Made by a program: the position numbers and the translations under genes. Under the pieces are notes generated by a model that saw nothing but the letters and a program-made list of their open reading frames with translations, made no database searches and was not told the DNA's origin. Source: Alphaproteobacteria bacterium (GTDB lineage: Bacteria > Pseudomonadota > Alphaproteobacteria > SHVV01). Taken from it: a stretch of DNA of 64,000 nucleotides. The stretch is taken from positions 4,250,980 through 4,314,979 of the forward strand of contig OZ253470.1 in NCBI GenBank assembly GCA_965261735.1, in the 5' to 3' direction. Of the stretch, positions 29,396 through 39,228 are shown piece after piece (the stretch's first letter is position 1; each line of letters starts with the position of its first letter).

Positions 29396-30484
29396 GGCTT
29401 TGGTGCATGGACCTAAGGATTAGTATATCTGGCTCCGCTTCCGTCTTTGAGAGTTTGTCATGCCTTTCAAGTTCCACGCATCGCGTCGCCACCATATCCC
29501 CAGAGCCAAGTACCGGGTCATGAACTGGCCGGATTATGACCGTGGTTTGGTTCGGCGCGGCGACATTCGTTTCTGGATTGATGAGAGCGCCCTGGAGCAA
29601 TGGGACGCAGCCAAGCGGCGAACTCCTGGTGGCCAGCGGCGGTTTTCAGAGTTGGCGATTTCCACGACACTGATGCTGGGGGTGGTCTTCAGATTGCCGC
29701 TGCGCCAGACGGAAGGCTTTGTGCGTTCCCTCGTGGACTTGATGGGGTGCGATTTGCAGGTAGCGGATCACACCACACTGTCGCGGCGGCGGCGAACGGT
29801 GGATGTCGTTGTGGAAACCAGCACGAACAAGCGGTCTACGGATATCGTGCTGGATTCCACGGGCCTGAAATTCTTTGGCGCTGGCGAGTGGGCTCGCGCC
29901 AAGCACGGTGAAACGCGGCGCTCGTGGCGCAAGCTGCATATCTCGGTTGACCCGGCCAGCAGCGAGATCCGGACGCATGAACTGACCGGTGACGACACGG
30001 CCGATGCGACGATGGCGGGACCGCTGGTCGCCGGTTCCGGTGGGATGATCCGGCGCGTGTTTGCCGACGGCGCCTATGACGGGGAGCCCGTGACAAAAGC
30101 GATCCGAGAAGCTCGGCCACCGAATTCACCACCTGAAATCATCATCCCGCCACGCGCCACATCCATTCCTCCCCCGGACACGCCTCATGGCGGATCGGAA
30201 CGGGAGCACCATGCGGCGGAGATCGCGTCGAAGGGAAGGATGAACTGGCAGAAACGACAGGGCTACGGATTGAGAGCGCTTGGCGAAACAGCCATGGCTC
30301 GCGTCAAGAGGCTCAACGGCGGCAAGCTCAACGCTCGCACATTCCAATCCCAACAAACCGAAATCGCCATGCAGATCGACGCACTCAATCGCTCTATCCG
30401 TGCGGCGAAACCAAACACAATCAGGATCCGCTAACCAACCGGGGAATGGGCGATCACACCATCGCAGCTCCATGCACCAAAGCC
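29396..30484 (+). mobile_element. IS5-family, IS903-group element, copy 1 (1089 bp)
   Basis: 18-bp IRs GGCTTTGGTGCATGGACC / GGCTCCATGCACCAAAGCC, compared with the IS903 IR GGCTTTGTTGAATAAATC. No target duplication is visible. Confidence 0.75.
29460..30434 (+). CDS. IS903-group (IS5-family) transposase
   Basis: 324 aa; AKYRVMNWPDYDRGLVRRGDIRFWIDE is the IS903-type N-terminus, followed by a DDE domain. Confidence 0.85.
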   Translation: MPFKFHASRRHHIPRAKYRVMNWPDYDRGLVRRGDIRFWIDESALEQWDAAKRRTPGGQRRFSELAISTTLMLGVVFRLPLRQTEGFVRSLVDLMGCDLQVADHTTLSRRRRTVDVVVETSTNKRSTDIVLDSTGLKFFGAGEWARAKHGETRRSWRKLHISVDPASSEIRTHELTGDDTADATMAGPLVAGSGGMIRRVFADGAYDGEPVTKAIREARPPNSPPEIIIPPRATSIPPPDTPHGGSEREHHAAEIASKGRMNWQKRQGYGLRALGETAMARVKRLNGGKLNARTFQSQQTEIAMQIDALNRSIRAAKPNTIRIR

Positions 30485-30529
30485 GATTGGCGCGTCTTTA
30501 CAACTCGTATGGACCAAGACTGACCGGCT

Positions 30530-31729
30530 TCACTCCTTGCGCGGCAGAAACAACATCGGCACGAAATAGGCGGTAAACAGCGTGAAGGCGACAAACCAAC
30601 TGCCGGCGGTTGCCCAGAGCAGACTTAGAGCGGGCACGACCTCGAAGGCTGCGCGTGTGCAGACCGCCAGCGTAGCGAAACCGTATATCGCGACAACCCA
30701 TGGTCCAGCGTGGAGGTCGCGCCCGGTATGGCCGAGAACCGCGCGGGTCATGACGGCCAGGGTCATCGTCCCGATCGCGCCGAGTGTAAGTACATGCAGC
30801 GCCAACGGCTCCATCACCCAGTCTACGAGCATCGAGGCCCCGAGAAGGCCGAGGCCCAATGCAAGCCAGAAGTAGCCGGCATGCAACACAGTCACAAGCG
30901 GCTCGGCTGCCGTCCTCCAGCCCCGCCATCGTGCCAGCCGGACGAGGTTCAATGCCCCTGCTAACGTTAGGAGAATGCCGGAAAGCGGGATAGGCGCCGA
31001 TCCCACCCAGGCCGCGAGCGCAACCGCTGTCACGGCGAGCGTCGTTTGGTCGAACCGGCCCATCGGCGCTGTGATATTCGGGCCCGCTCGCCGCTCGAAC
31101 CAGTTGTGCGTGAAGCTCGGAACGATGCGCCCGCCGATCAACGTTATTAACAGCGACATGACGGCGATGGAGAGCCGAACACCCGCCTCTCCCACATGAG
31201 CCACGCCCGCCGCGGAGAGATGGAACAGCACGTTGGCGGTCAACATCAGTATAAGCCCGGCGAGGACCGGCAGATTGCGCCAGTTGCGGCCCGCAACGAT
31301 CGCGTTACCGACAAGAACCGAGAGAACTCCCAGATAGGCAAGATCGGCGACCGCCGTTGGCATTGGTCCGACTGCGCCTCCCCACCAGACGGCACCCCGG
31401 CCGCAAAGCCAGATCAAGGCGAGTGCGCCGAGCGGCCAGCCCCTTACTGGAGGGCGCCCGGTCCAGTTCGGCACCGCGGTCAACACGAAGCCACCGAGCG
31501 CCGCCCCGACATACCCGAACATCATCTCATGGACGTGCCACATCGTCGCATCGCCCAGCCCGGGATATGAGATCGCCCCCGACCAGATCCCGATCCATAG
31601 GGGCACAGACAGCGCAGCCCACAGCCCGGCCAGGAAGAAAAGCGGGCGAAAACCCTCTCGAAGAAACTCCGGCCCGGAATAGTGGCGTTGCGGTTCTAGC
31701 CGTGTCTGGTTCGTTATTTCTGCCCCCAT
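30530..31729 (-). CDS. nnrS: NnrS-family heme-copper membrane protein (NO-response)
   Basis: 399 aa, about 12 TM helices, TAVPNWTGR motif and conserved His residues typical of NnrS. Confidence 0.8.
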   Translation of the reverse strand: MGAEITNQTRLEPQRHYSGPEFLREGFRPLFFLAGLWAALSVPLWIGIWSGAISYPGLGDATMWHVHEMMFGYVGAALGGFVLTAVPNWTGRPPVRGWPLGALALIWLCGRGAVWWGGAVGPMPTAVADLAYLGVLSVLVGNAIVAGRNWRNLPVLAGLILMLTANVLFHLSAAGVAHVGEAGVRLSIAVMSLLITLIGGRIVPSFTHNWFERRAGPNITAPMGRFDQTTLAVTAVALAAWVGSAPIPLSGILLTLAGALNLVRLARWRGWRTAAEPLVTVLHAGYFWLALGLGLLGASMLVDWVMEPLALHVLTLGAIGTMTLAVMTRAVLGHTGRDLHAGPWVVAIYGFATLAVCTRAAFEVVPALSLLWATAGSWFVAFTLFTAYFVPMLFLPRKE

Positions 31730-31768
31730 GAGGGTGTGGGTCTGGTATGGAAAATCTAAGTCATTGAT

Positions 31769-31981
31769 TTAGTGCGTTTTTGTGTCGAGACGAACGGCCG
31801 AAAACGGCTATTCGTGACAATGGGCCGCTCCAAGGCAGGATTTTGTCACGACGGCAGGGTGGAGCAGGGGAGGTGGGAACGCTCCGCACCGCCAGAGGCG
31901 GTACGATGCCGTGTCTCGAAACCCAACATCGGGAGCATTGCCATGGCAGTATCCCCGCCTCCGGCGCCTTCGTCCATCGAT
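31769..31981 (+). mobile_element. ISKra4-like element: left terminus plus the first 13 codons of the transposase, truncated
   Basis: Reverse-complement identity to 63708-63920, ending TTAGTGCGTTTTTGTGTCGAGACGAAC. It is cut at 31981 by an IS-A left-end fragment. Confidence 0.6.
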
Positions 31982-32043
31982 CCTTGCCTATCCGGTTTAC
32001 ACCCACACCCACTAGGGCTAGAATGGGCGCAAACCGGATATAG
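31982..32043 (+). mobile_element. 62-bp left-end fragment of IS1595-family IS-A
   Basis: CTTGCCTATCCGGTTTACACCCACACCCACTAGGGCTAGAATGGGCGCAAACCGGATATAGGGGA, then unrelated sequence. Confidence 0.6.
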
Positions 32044-33446
32044 GGGATGAAATAGGTCTGCCCAAAGCTGGACGAGAACATCATCAGCATCCCGAAGCTC
32101 AGAAAGCCGCGGTTGCGTAGAATGAAATGGAAATAGGTCACAGGAAGGCGTTGTCATGTATGGACGCCCCCGGTGTTGCAAGGGGAAAACTGATTTGAAT
32201 CGGCGGTAGAGCTTGCAGTCATGTATCCGGCCTTTTCGCTGCGGTACGCTGACCGCTGGCCCTGATGGAATCCGAAAGATCGACGCCCAGTCAGACTAAC
32301 GAGCTTGATGCTCGGACAATGCCTCGGGTTTGGCCGATCTCGGGTGGAACCCTGTTTCGCCATCAAATCGTCGTCACCCTCGCAATTTGATCCCGGTTTG
32401 CCAGCTGGCTATGCCGGCGTCGGTCGGTAGATACGCTCGTACCTGAGCAGTGCCCAGGCGACACGGGCTGCCTTATTGGCCATGGCGACCAGCACCACGT
32501 TTGTCGGCCGCCGCGCCAGGAGCCGGTCGGTCCAGCCAGGCCCCGTGCCCGGCTTGGCGCGGCGCCAGCGCAGCACGCTTCGCGCACCATGCACGAGCAA
32601 GCGCCTGATATAGCCATCCCCGCGCTTCGAGATCCGCCCCAGCCTGTCCTTGCCGCCACTCGAGTGTTGTCGGGGCACGAGACCGAGCCAGGCCGAGAGC
32701 TGCCGGCCCGAGCGAAACTGCGCGCCATCTCCGATCGTCGCGACCAGCGCCGTCGCGGTGATGACACCGACGCCGGGGATCGTCGCAAGCCGGCGGCTCG
32801 CCTCGTTGGAGCGGTGCCATGCCATAAGTGTCGCCTCCAGCTGCTTGATCCGGGCCTGAGCAGAGCGGAGCTGCTCAACCAGAGAGCCAAGCGCCTCGCG
32901 TGCCAGAGGCGGCAGTCGCACATCGCCGGGATCTTCGATAATGGCAACCAGTTCCTCCACCTTCGACGCCCCCTGAGCGACGATCAGTCCGAACTCCGCA
33001 CAGTGGCCGCGCAGCGCATTGATCACCATCGTGCGTTGACGGACCAACAGCTCTCGGGCCCGGTGCAGCATCAGAACCGACTGCTGCTCGGCGCTTTTCG
33101 CCGGTGCAAAGCGCATCGTCGGACGCGTCACTGCCTCACAGATCGCTTCCGCATCCGCTGCGTCGTTCTTATTCGTTTTGACGAAGGGACGAACGTATTG
33201 AGGCGGAATCAGCTGAACTTTGTGCCCGTGTGCTTGCAGTTCCCGAGCCCAATAGTGCGCAGAGGCACAGGCTTCCATACCGACAAGACAGGATGGCAAT
33301 CCGGCGAAGAACGCCAGCACCTTCTGTTGGTAGCGACCGTAAATTTCCCATTTGTAACGACCCAAAATTTCTCACTTTGGGCTTGTCGCTGAAGGCGTCC
33401 CGGGCCGCTCTGTTGGCTTTGCCAACAGAGCGGGATCGGTGCGCGG

Positions 33447-34469
33447 ATGTACAAATGGGAGACCAGGATGTTGTTGAAGCACTATCTGGACCGGGGTGTC
33501 TCGAAGGCGGAGCTGTCGAGGCGGTTCGGGGTGAACCGTCGGACGATCCACAATTGGGTCGATACCGGCCAACTGGACCGGGATCTGGCGGCCGGTGCGC
33601 GAGGGTATTCGCCCCGTCCGCCGGTGGCCCACAAGCTGGACCCCTACAAGGCGATCATCGACGCCCGTCTTGAGGCGTTCCCGAAGCTGTCGGCGAAGCG
33701 GCTTTTCGATGAGGTCCGCGCTGCGGACTACCCGGGCTGCTACTCTCGCGTGAACGACTACGTGCGGGCGACGCGACCGCGCGAACCGGTTGAATCGCTG
33801 GTCCGGTTCGAGACGCCGGCGGGGCGTCAGGGCCAGGTGGACTTCGGTACGTTCACGCTGCCCTGGGGCCGGCGCCATGCCCTGGTGATCGTCCTCGGCT
33901 TCACCCGGCTGCTGTGGCTGCACTTCTATACTCGGCAGACCATGCCGGTCCTGATGGAAGGTCTGGAGAGCGCCTTCGACCGGTTCGGCGGGGTTCCGGA
34001 GGAGCTGCTGTTCGACCAGATGCGCGCCGTGGTGCTGTCCGACGACCGCGGGGCCGGCGGCGGCCTGGTGCTGAACGAGGAGTTTCTGCGGTTCGCCGCG
34101 CACTGGGGGTTCATGCCGCGCTCGTGCCGACCCTATCGGGCCCAGACCAAGGGCAAAGTGGAGCGCCCGATCCGCTACATCCGCGAGAGCTTCTTCTACG
34201 GCCGCTCGTTTGCGAATGACAACGATCTCAACGAGCAGGCCGTGCGCTGGCTGGAGGGCACAGCCAACGTCCGCCGGCATGCCACGACCGGGGAGCGTCC
34301 TGTCGACCGCTTCGAGCGCGACGAGCGAGCGGTGCTTCTCCCCTTGGCGAACCATCCCTATCGACGTCTCGGCGTCCGGCATGCTCCGGAGCCCGCGCCG
34401 CGGCGACTGCCGGCAACCGTGAAGGTCGAGCAGCGACCGCTTAGTGTCTATGCGGAGGCGCTGCAATGA
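33447..34469 (+). CDS. istA: IS21-family transposase IstA
   Basis: 340 aa with an N-terminal HTH (LSRRFGVNRRTIHNW) and a DDE integrase core (...RQGQVDFGTF...VLMEGLESAF...). Confidence 0.85.
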   Translation: MYKWETRMLLKHYLDRGVSKAELSRRFGVNRRTIHNWVDTGQLDRDLAAGARGYSPRPPVAHKLDPYKAIIDARLEAFPKLSAKRLFDEVRAADYPGCYSRVNDYVRATRPREPVESLVRFETPAGRQGQVDFGTFTLPWGRRHALVIVLGFTRLLWLHFYTRQTMPVLMEGLESAFDRFGGVPEELLFDQMRAVVLSDDRGAGGGLVLNEEFLRFAAHWGFMPRSCRPYRAQTKGKVERPIRYIRESFFYGRSFANDNDLNEQAVRWLEGTANVRRHATTGERPVDRFERDERAVLLPLANHPYRRLGVRHAPEPAPRRLPATVKVEQRPLSVYAEALQ

Positions 34470-35263
34470 ACGCTCCGGCGCCGGCCCGGCGCGACCGGCT
34501 GCGGGCAATGCTGGCGGACCTCAAGATGCCGGGCGCGCTGGAGGCCGTCGACGGCATCCTCTCGGACGCCGACGGCGGCACGATCTCGGCGGCCGAGGCC
34601 ATCGAGCAGTTGCTGAACGCCCAGATCGTGCTGCGCAACAACCGCCGTCTCCAGACCGCCATGCGCTCTTCGCGGCTGCCGGCTGTGAAGACGCTCGATC
34701 AGTTCGACTTCGCCTTCCAGCCCAGCATCAAGCGCGAGCAGATCGAGAGCTTGCACGAGCTCGGCTTCCTGGACCGCGGCGAGAACGTGATCCTGCTCGG
34801 CCCACCAGGCGTCGGGAAAACGCACTTGGCGATCAGCCTCGCGATCGCGGCGGCCGAGGCCGGCCGGCGCGTCTACTACGGCACGCTCGCGGCGCTGATC
34901 GAGTCCCTCACCGAGGCCAAGGCCGCCGGCAATCTGACCCGGCGGCTGCGCGTGCTCACCCATCCGGCCCTGCTGGTGGTCGACGAGATCGGCTACCTGC
35001 CGGTCAACCAGGACGGCGCCGTGCTCTTCTTCCAGCTCATCAACGCCCGGCACGAGAGGGCGTCGACTGTGCTGACGTCGAACAAGGGTTTCGAGGACTG
35101 GGGTGGCGTGCTCGGCGACGAGGTCATGGCGGCGGCTCTCATCGACCGCCTTGTGCACCACTGCCACATCGTCAACATCCGGGGCAACAGCTACCGGATG
35201 AAGGAGCATCAGAACCTGCTGCAGTCCGGCTCGGATCGACGCAGGAAAAGAGCCGCCGCGTGA
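34466..35263 (+). CDS. istB: IS21-family helper ATPase IstB
   Basis: 265 aa with Walker A GPPGVGKTHLA and Walker B LLVVDEIGY. ATGA overlap with istA. Confidence 0.85.
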   Translation: MNAPAPARRDRLRAMLADLKMPGALEAVDGILSDADGGTISAAEAIEQLLNAQIVLRNNRRLQTAMRSSRLPAVKTLDQFDFAFQPSIKREQIESLHELGFLDRGENVILLGPPGVGKTHLAISLAIAAAEAGRRVYYGTLAALIESLTEAKAAGNLTRRLRVLTHPALLVVDEIGYLPVNQDGAVLFFQLINARHERASTVLTSNKGFEDWGGVLGDEVMAAALIDRLVHHCHIVNIRGNSYRMKEHQNLLQSGSDRRRKRAAA

Positions 35264-35819
35264 TCGCCGGCTCAAACGGAGACAGGAGCGGTGACACCCG
35301 CCCGCTGTGGATAACCGGGTTGTCGCCGCCAGACTCTTGGCGGTCGCTGCGCCAACCCGGTTACCTACAGCTCGACCAAGTCCGACACCCCAAACACCGC
35401 GTCTGGGGGTACGACCGAACGCTCAAAGTGAGAAATATTTCGATCGACAAAAGTGGGAAATTTTCAGTCGCAATTGACACCTTCCCGCGGCGCAGCTTCC
35501 GCCGTAGTACCGGTCGTCCCTCACCATCAGCACCGTGAACCTGGAACACCGTCTTTGCCAGATCAAACCCAATTGTCGTAATATCCATCGTGGACGCTCC
35601 CTCTGTCTGGGTTGTTCAACACACTCCAGTATGGCTCATCGTGAAGCCGTAGGGGGCTTCCATACCATCAGACGAACTGGATAGGATCTGAAGAACCTGC
35701 AAACCAGGCCTCTCAGGCTGCAAGTTGACGCCACTCGGCCAAGGCGGCGGCTCGGGTTTGTTTGAAAATATCGCGGCGGTTGAGATGGCGTTCGTGGCTG
35801 AAGTGGTTATGGATTGAGG

Positions 35820-36924
35820 CTTGCCTATCCGGTTTACACCCACACCCACTAGGGCTAGAATGGGCGCAACCCGGATATAGGGGAGCGCGCCATGGATGTT
35901 CTCGACCGCGCCGATCTCCCATTCCCGCATTCGCTACCCGAGTTCCAGCGACTTTTCCCCGATGATGCGGCCTGCGCCGCCTACCTGGAGAAAGCCCGCT
36001 GGGGAGACGGCTTTGCCTGCCCGCACTGCGGCACGGCGGGAGAGCCGTTCCACTTTGAAAACCGCCCTGGCGTCCTGCGCTGCCGCAAGTGCCGCCAGAA
36101 CACCGGGCTGACGGTGGGAACAGTGATGGAGCGTAGCCACACTCCGCTGAACGTCTGGTTCTGGGCCGCTTATCTGGTCGCCAGTCAGACGCCCGGCATG
36201 TCCGCCGTGCAGTTTCAGCGGCAACTTGGTCTTTCGCGCTACGAGACGGCCTTTCAAATTCTCCACAAGCTCCGCTCGGGCATGGTGCGGCCCAACCAAG
36301 ACAGGATCGGTGGACAGCCCAAGAACCATGTTGAGATGGACGAAACCTGGGTTGGCGGGCGAACGCGTGGGGAAGGCCGTGGTGTTCACCACAAGGTTCC
36401 CGTCTCCTGTGCCATCGAGGTGCGTCATCGAAAGCCGGGCACCAAGCTCGACAACCGGAAAGACGGACGCTATGCCGGACGCGTTCGGCTCGCCGTCGTG
36501 CTCGACCGTAGCGCCGAGTCGCTCTGTGGGTTCGTCGAGAGCACCGTCGCGCCGCGATCGCTGATCGTTACTGACGATTGGAGCGGCTATGCTGGCCTCG
36601 GGAAGCGCGGCTATGAGCACTTCGCTGTTGCCGAGTGTGGTGATCCAGAGGTTGCCGAGCAATACCTGCCGATCATCCATCTGGTTTTCGCCAACCTGAA
36701 GACGTGGCTGATCGGTATCCACCACGGCGTTAGCCACCAGCACCTACAAGCCTACCTCAACGAGTTCACCTTCCGCTTCAACAGGCGGTTCTACCCGTTC
36801 AACGCCTTCCGCTCATTGCTCGGCATCGCGGGCGACACCTCTGCTCCAACCTATGCCGAGCTTTACTCGGGAGAGTGGCGGCACCCTACATGTAGCGGTC
36901 ATGGGCGTTAACCGGATAGGCAAG
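35820..36924 (+). mobile_element. IS1595-family 'IS-A' copy 3, intact, 1105 bp
   Basis: IRL CTTGCCTATCCGGTTTACACC and IRR GGCGTTAACCGGATAGGCAAG with an intact 339-aa transposase. It directly abuts IS-B copy 2 at 36925. Confidence 0.8.
35892..36911 (+). CDS. IS1595-family transposase (IS-A)
   Basis: 339 aa with zinc ribbon CPHCG...CRKCRQ and a DDE_Tnp_IS1595 domain. It is the reference copy for the other IS-A fragments. Confidence 0.85.
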   Translation: MDVLDRADLPFPHSLPEFQRLFPDDAACAAYLEKARWGDGFACPHCGTAGEPFHFENRPGVLRCRKCRQNTGLTVGTVMERSHTPLNVWFWAAYLVASQTPGMSAVQFQRQLGLSRYETAFQILHKLRSGMVRPNQDRIGGQPKNHVEMDETWVGGRTRGEGRGVHHKVPVSCAIEVRHRKPGTKLDNRKDGRYAGRVRLAVVLDRSAESLCGFVESTVAPRSLIVTDDWSGYAGLGKRGYEHFAVAECGDPEVAEQYLPIIHLVFANLKTWLIGIHHGVSHQHLQAYLNEFTFRFNRRFYPFNAFRSLLGIAGDTSAPTYAELYSGEWRHPTCSGHGR

Positions 36925-37917
36925 GTATGTTCTCAATATGTTCTGTATGAGGGGGTCACGGTTATGGGGTTCAAGGTTGCATCGCGCGTGCGTGGTCTGA
37001 ACGACGAGGCGTTTCGGGAGGCCTTCGGCACCAAGGAGCAGTGCCGCGCGGCGCTGGTCCGGCTGCGCTGGCCGGGCGGCTTCGTCTGCCCCTGCTGCGG
37101 CCATCGGGAGCATTGCGTGTTGGCGGGTCGGGGTCTCTATCAATGCAACCGGTGCAAGAAGCAGACATCGCCCACGGCGGGCACGATCTTCCACGCGACC
37201 AAGCTGCCGCTGACAGTCTGGTTTGCCGCCATCCACCTGATCGTGACGGCGAAGAACGGCATCTCGTCGGTGGAACTCGGCCGCCGTCTCGGGGTCAAGC
37301 AGCCGACGGCCTGGGCCGTGAAGCACAAGATCATGGCGGTGATGGCGCGGCGCGAGGGGGAGACGGCGCTTACGGGGCGGGTCGAGATGGACGACGCCTA
37401 TCTCGGCGGGGTGCGCTCCGGCGGCAAGCGGGGCCGCGGCGCGGCGGGCAAAACGCCCTTCGTGGCGGCGGTCTCGACCAGTCCCGAGGGGCGCCCGCGC
37501 AAGCTGAAGCTGGCGTCGGTCAAGGGCTTCCGCAAGCGCGAGATCGCGCGCGGCGCCAAGCACTGGCTGGCCCCCGGAGCGGCGGTTGTGACGGACGGCC
37601 TGGGCTGCTGGAGCGCACTCGAAGAAGCCGCCTGCAGCCACCAGGCGATCCGCACCGGGTCGGGCCGCCAGGCGGCCCGCATGGCATCGTTCAAATGGGT
37701 GAACACGACGCTCGGCAACATCAAAAGCGCGATCACCGGGACTTATCGCAAGCTCGGCCCCGACCATGCCGGACGCTATCTCGCCAGCTTCGCCTGGCGC
37801 TACAACCGGCGCTATCAACTCCAGACAATGATCCCGCGTTTCGTCCATAGCGCCGCACGAAACCAGCCCATGCCCTATCGCCTCCTCATCGCCGGATGAC
37901 TTTCAGGGATGGGCAGG
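36925..37917 (+). mobile_element. IS1595-family 'IS-B' copy 2, lacking the first ~33 bp of IRL and fused to IS-A
   Basis: Identical to copy 1 from GTATGTTCTCAATATG onward. Right IR GGATGGGCAGG versus GGATAAGCAGG in copy 1. Confidence 0.7.
36964..37899 (+). CDS. IS1595-family transposase (IS-B), copy 2
   Basis: 312 aa from MGFKVASRVRGL...; a few substitutions relative to copy 1 (e.g. GRGAAGK versus GRGVAGK). Confidence 0.8.
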   Translation: MGFKVASRVRGLNDEAFREAFGTKEQCRAALVRLRWPGGFVCPCCGHREHCVLAGRGLYQCNRCKKQTSPTAGTIFHATKLPLTVWFAAIHLIVTAKNGISSVELGRRLGVKQPTAWAVKHKIMAVMARREGETALTGRVEMDDAYLGGVRSGGKRGRGAAGKTPFVAAVSTSPEGRPRKLKLASVKGFRKREIARGAKHWLAPGAAVVTDGLGCWSALEEAACSHQAIRTGSGRQAARMASFKWVNTTLGNIKSAITGTYRKLGPDHAGRYLASFAWRYNRRYQLQTMIPRFVHSAARNQPMPYRLLIAG

Positions 37918-38083
37918 TAAGAATTTGACGCCTCGGACTCTAACGATTTCACTATGTTAGTACGCCGATCGGCGCTGAATACGTACGCCGAATAACACTC
38001 GGGTTCCCGGAGCGTCGGGCCAGCCGGGGCGGGCCGCGGGGGAGCGGAGACGCCGCAACCGTACGGCGCCTCCGCGACCGAGG

Positions 38084-39121
38084 CTAGTTGAGGTGGAAGA
38101 TGCCCTCGTCGGGGACCTTCTCGATGATCCCGAGGTCCTTGTAGATTTGGAACTCGGCCATGAATATGTCCTTGAGGTCCTTGGCCGGCACGGCAAACCA
38201 GCGCATCGTGCGTCCGGCGAAGCCATCCTTGTACATCGAGCGCACGACGTGCTCCTTGAGGCTGGCCCCGCCCGAGCCTTGGGCGCCCGTGATCTTGGTC
38301 TTGGGACCGAGGATCTTGATGGCTTCCTCGATGTCGTTGTCGAGCAGGGCCTGAGCCTCCCTAACGGACTGCAGCACGCCCTTCACGACCTGCGGGTTCT
38401 TATCGATGAAATCGGCGCGCATGGCGGTCGCCTGATACATGCGGCCACGGCCGAGGATTTTGGCCACCTCGTCGTCGGGGAAGAACAGCACCCGGAACTT
38501 GCCGGGAGCCTTGCTGAAGAGGTCGATCGTCTGTCCGGTCAGCACTGTGGCGGCATCGTAGTCGCCGCGCTCGAGCAAGTTGATGGCCTGGATGATGTTG
38601 AGGTTGATGACCTTGACGTCCTTGTCGATATCCAGCCCATGGTGCTTGAGCACCAGCGTCAGGTAGGCCCAGATATACGAGACCTTGGGGAAGCCGACGG
38701 TCTTGCCGCGGAGGTCCGAGATCTTGTTGATGCCGCTGTCGGCCCGCACCACCACGGGCCATGGGTAGGCCGCGCTGCCGCTGACGATACGGATCGGCAC
38801 GCCCTTGTTGTACTGTTTCGCCATGACGTCGAGGCCCGAGAACAGGATGCCGTTGTAGACGCCGGTGAAGAGGTCGTTATAGAACGCGGCGCCCGTGGTG
38901 CGGATCTGCCAGTCCAGCGAGTACCCGTTCTTTTTGTCGTAGCCCTTGGCGAGAATGATCGCGAGGGGGTGCGCACTGACAGAGGGTCCGGGAAAGCTCC
39001 CCGAACTGTAGGAAGTCTGGGCTTGGGCGACCGACGCCCCGAGGACCGCCGCGACGAGCGCGCCAATCCCGCCGAGCACCGCCGAACGCAGCCTCGGCGC
39101 ACGTCCCGTTCTGTTAAACAT
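38084..39121 (-). CDS. ABC-transporter substrate-binding protein, NitT/TauT (NMT1/SsuA-like) family; orphan
   Basis: 345 aa with a signal peptide (ALVAAVLGASVAQA) and a periplasmic SBP fold. No permease or ATPase partner nearby; it is flanked by IS-B and IS630. Confidence 0.7.
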   Translation of the reverse strand: MFNRTGRAPRLRSAVLGGIGALVAAVLGASVAQAQTSYSSGSFPGPSVSAHPLAIILAKGYDKKNGYSLDWQIRTTGAAFYNDLFTGVYNGILFSGLDVMAKQYNKGVPIRIVSGSAAYPWPVVVRADSGINKISDLRGKTVGFPKVSYIWAYLTLVLKHHGLDIDKDVKVINLNIIQAINLLERGDYDAATVLTGQTIDLFSKAPGKFRVLFFPDDEVAKILGRGRMYQATAMRADFIDKNPQVVKGVLQSVREAQALLDNDIEEAIKILGPKTKITGAQGSGGASLKEHVVRSMYKDGFAGRTMRWFAVPAKDLKDIFMAEFQIYKDLGIIEKVPDEGIFHLN

Positions 39122-39228
39122 AGGTACCCTCCCTATCCCGTGGAATTATTAGAAAAGAGTATGACGCGTGGCATCATGCTACAGCGACACTGCGATGCGC
39201 AACCGTGCGGCGGACCGTGCCAGCGCAC

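Larger units (their letters stand above)
33333..35471 (+). mobile_element. IS21-family element (type 1), complete, 2139 bp
   Basis: Long imperfect terminal IRs GCGACCGTAAATTTCCCATTTGTAACGACCCAAAATTTCTCACTTTG (left) and CAAAGTGAGAAATATTTCGATCGACAAAAGTGGGAAATTTTCAGTCGC (right), carrying istA and istB with a 4-nt overlap. Confidence 0.7.
32390..35640 (-). mobile_element. IS110-family element split by a nested IS21 insertion
   Basis: The 5' part at 35361..35588 encodes the DEDD N-terminus MDITTIGFDLAKTVFQVHGADGEGRPVLRRKLRRGKV. The 3' part at 32409..33326 encodes ...QKVLAFFAGLPSCLVGMEACASAHYWARELQ... through the C-terminus LVAMANKAARVAWALLRYERIYRP. IS21 (33333..35471) lies between them. Outer boundaries are approximate, since IS110 has no IRs. 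Confidence 0.55.
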
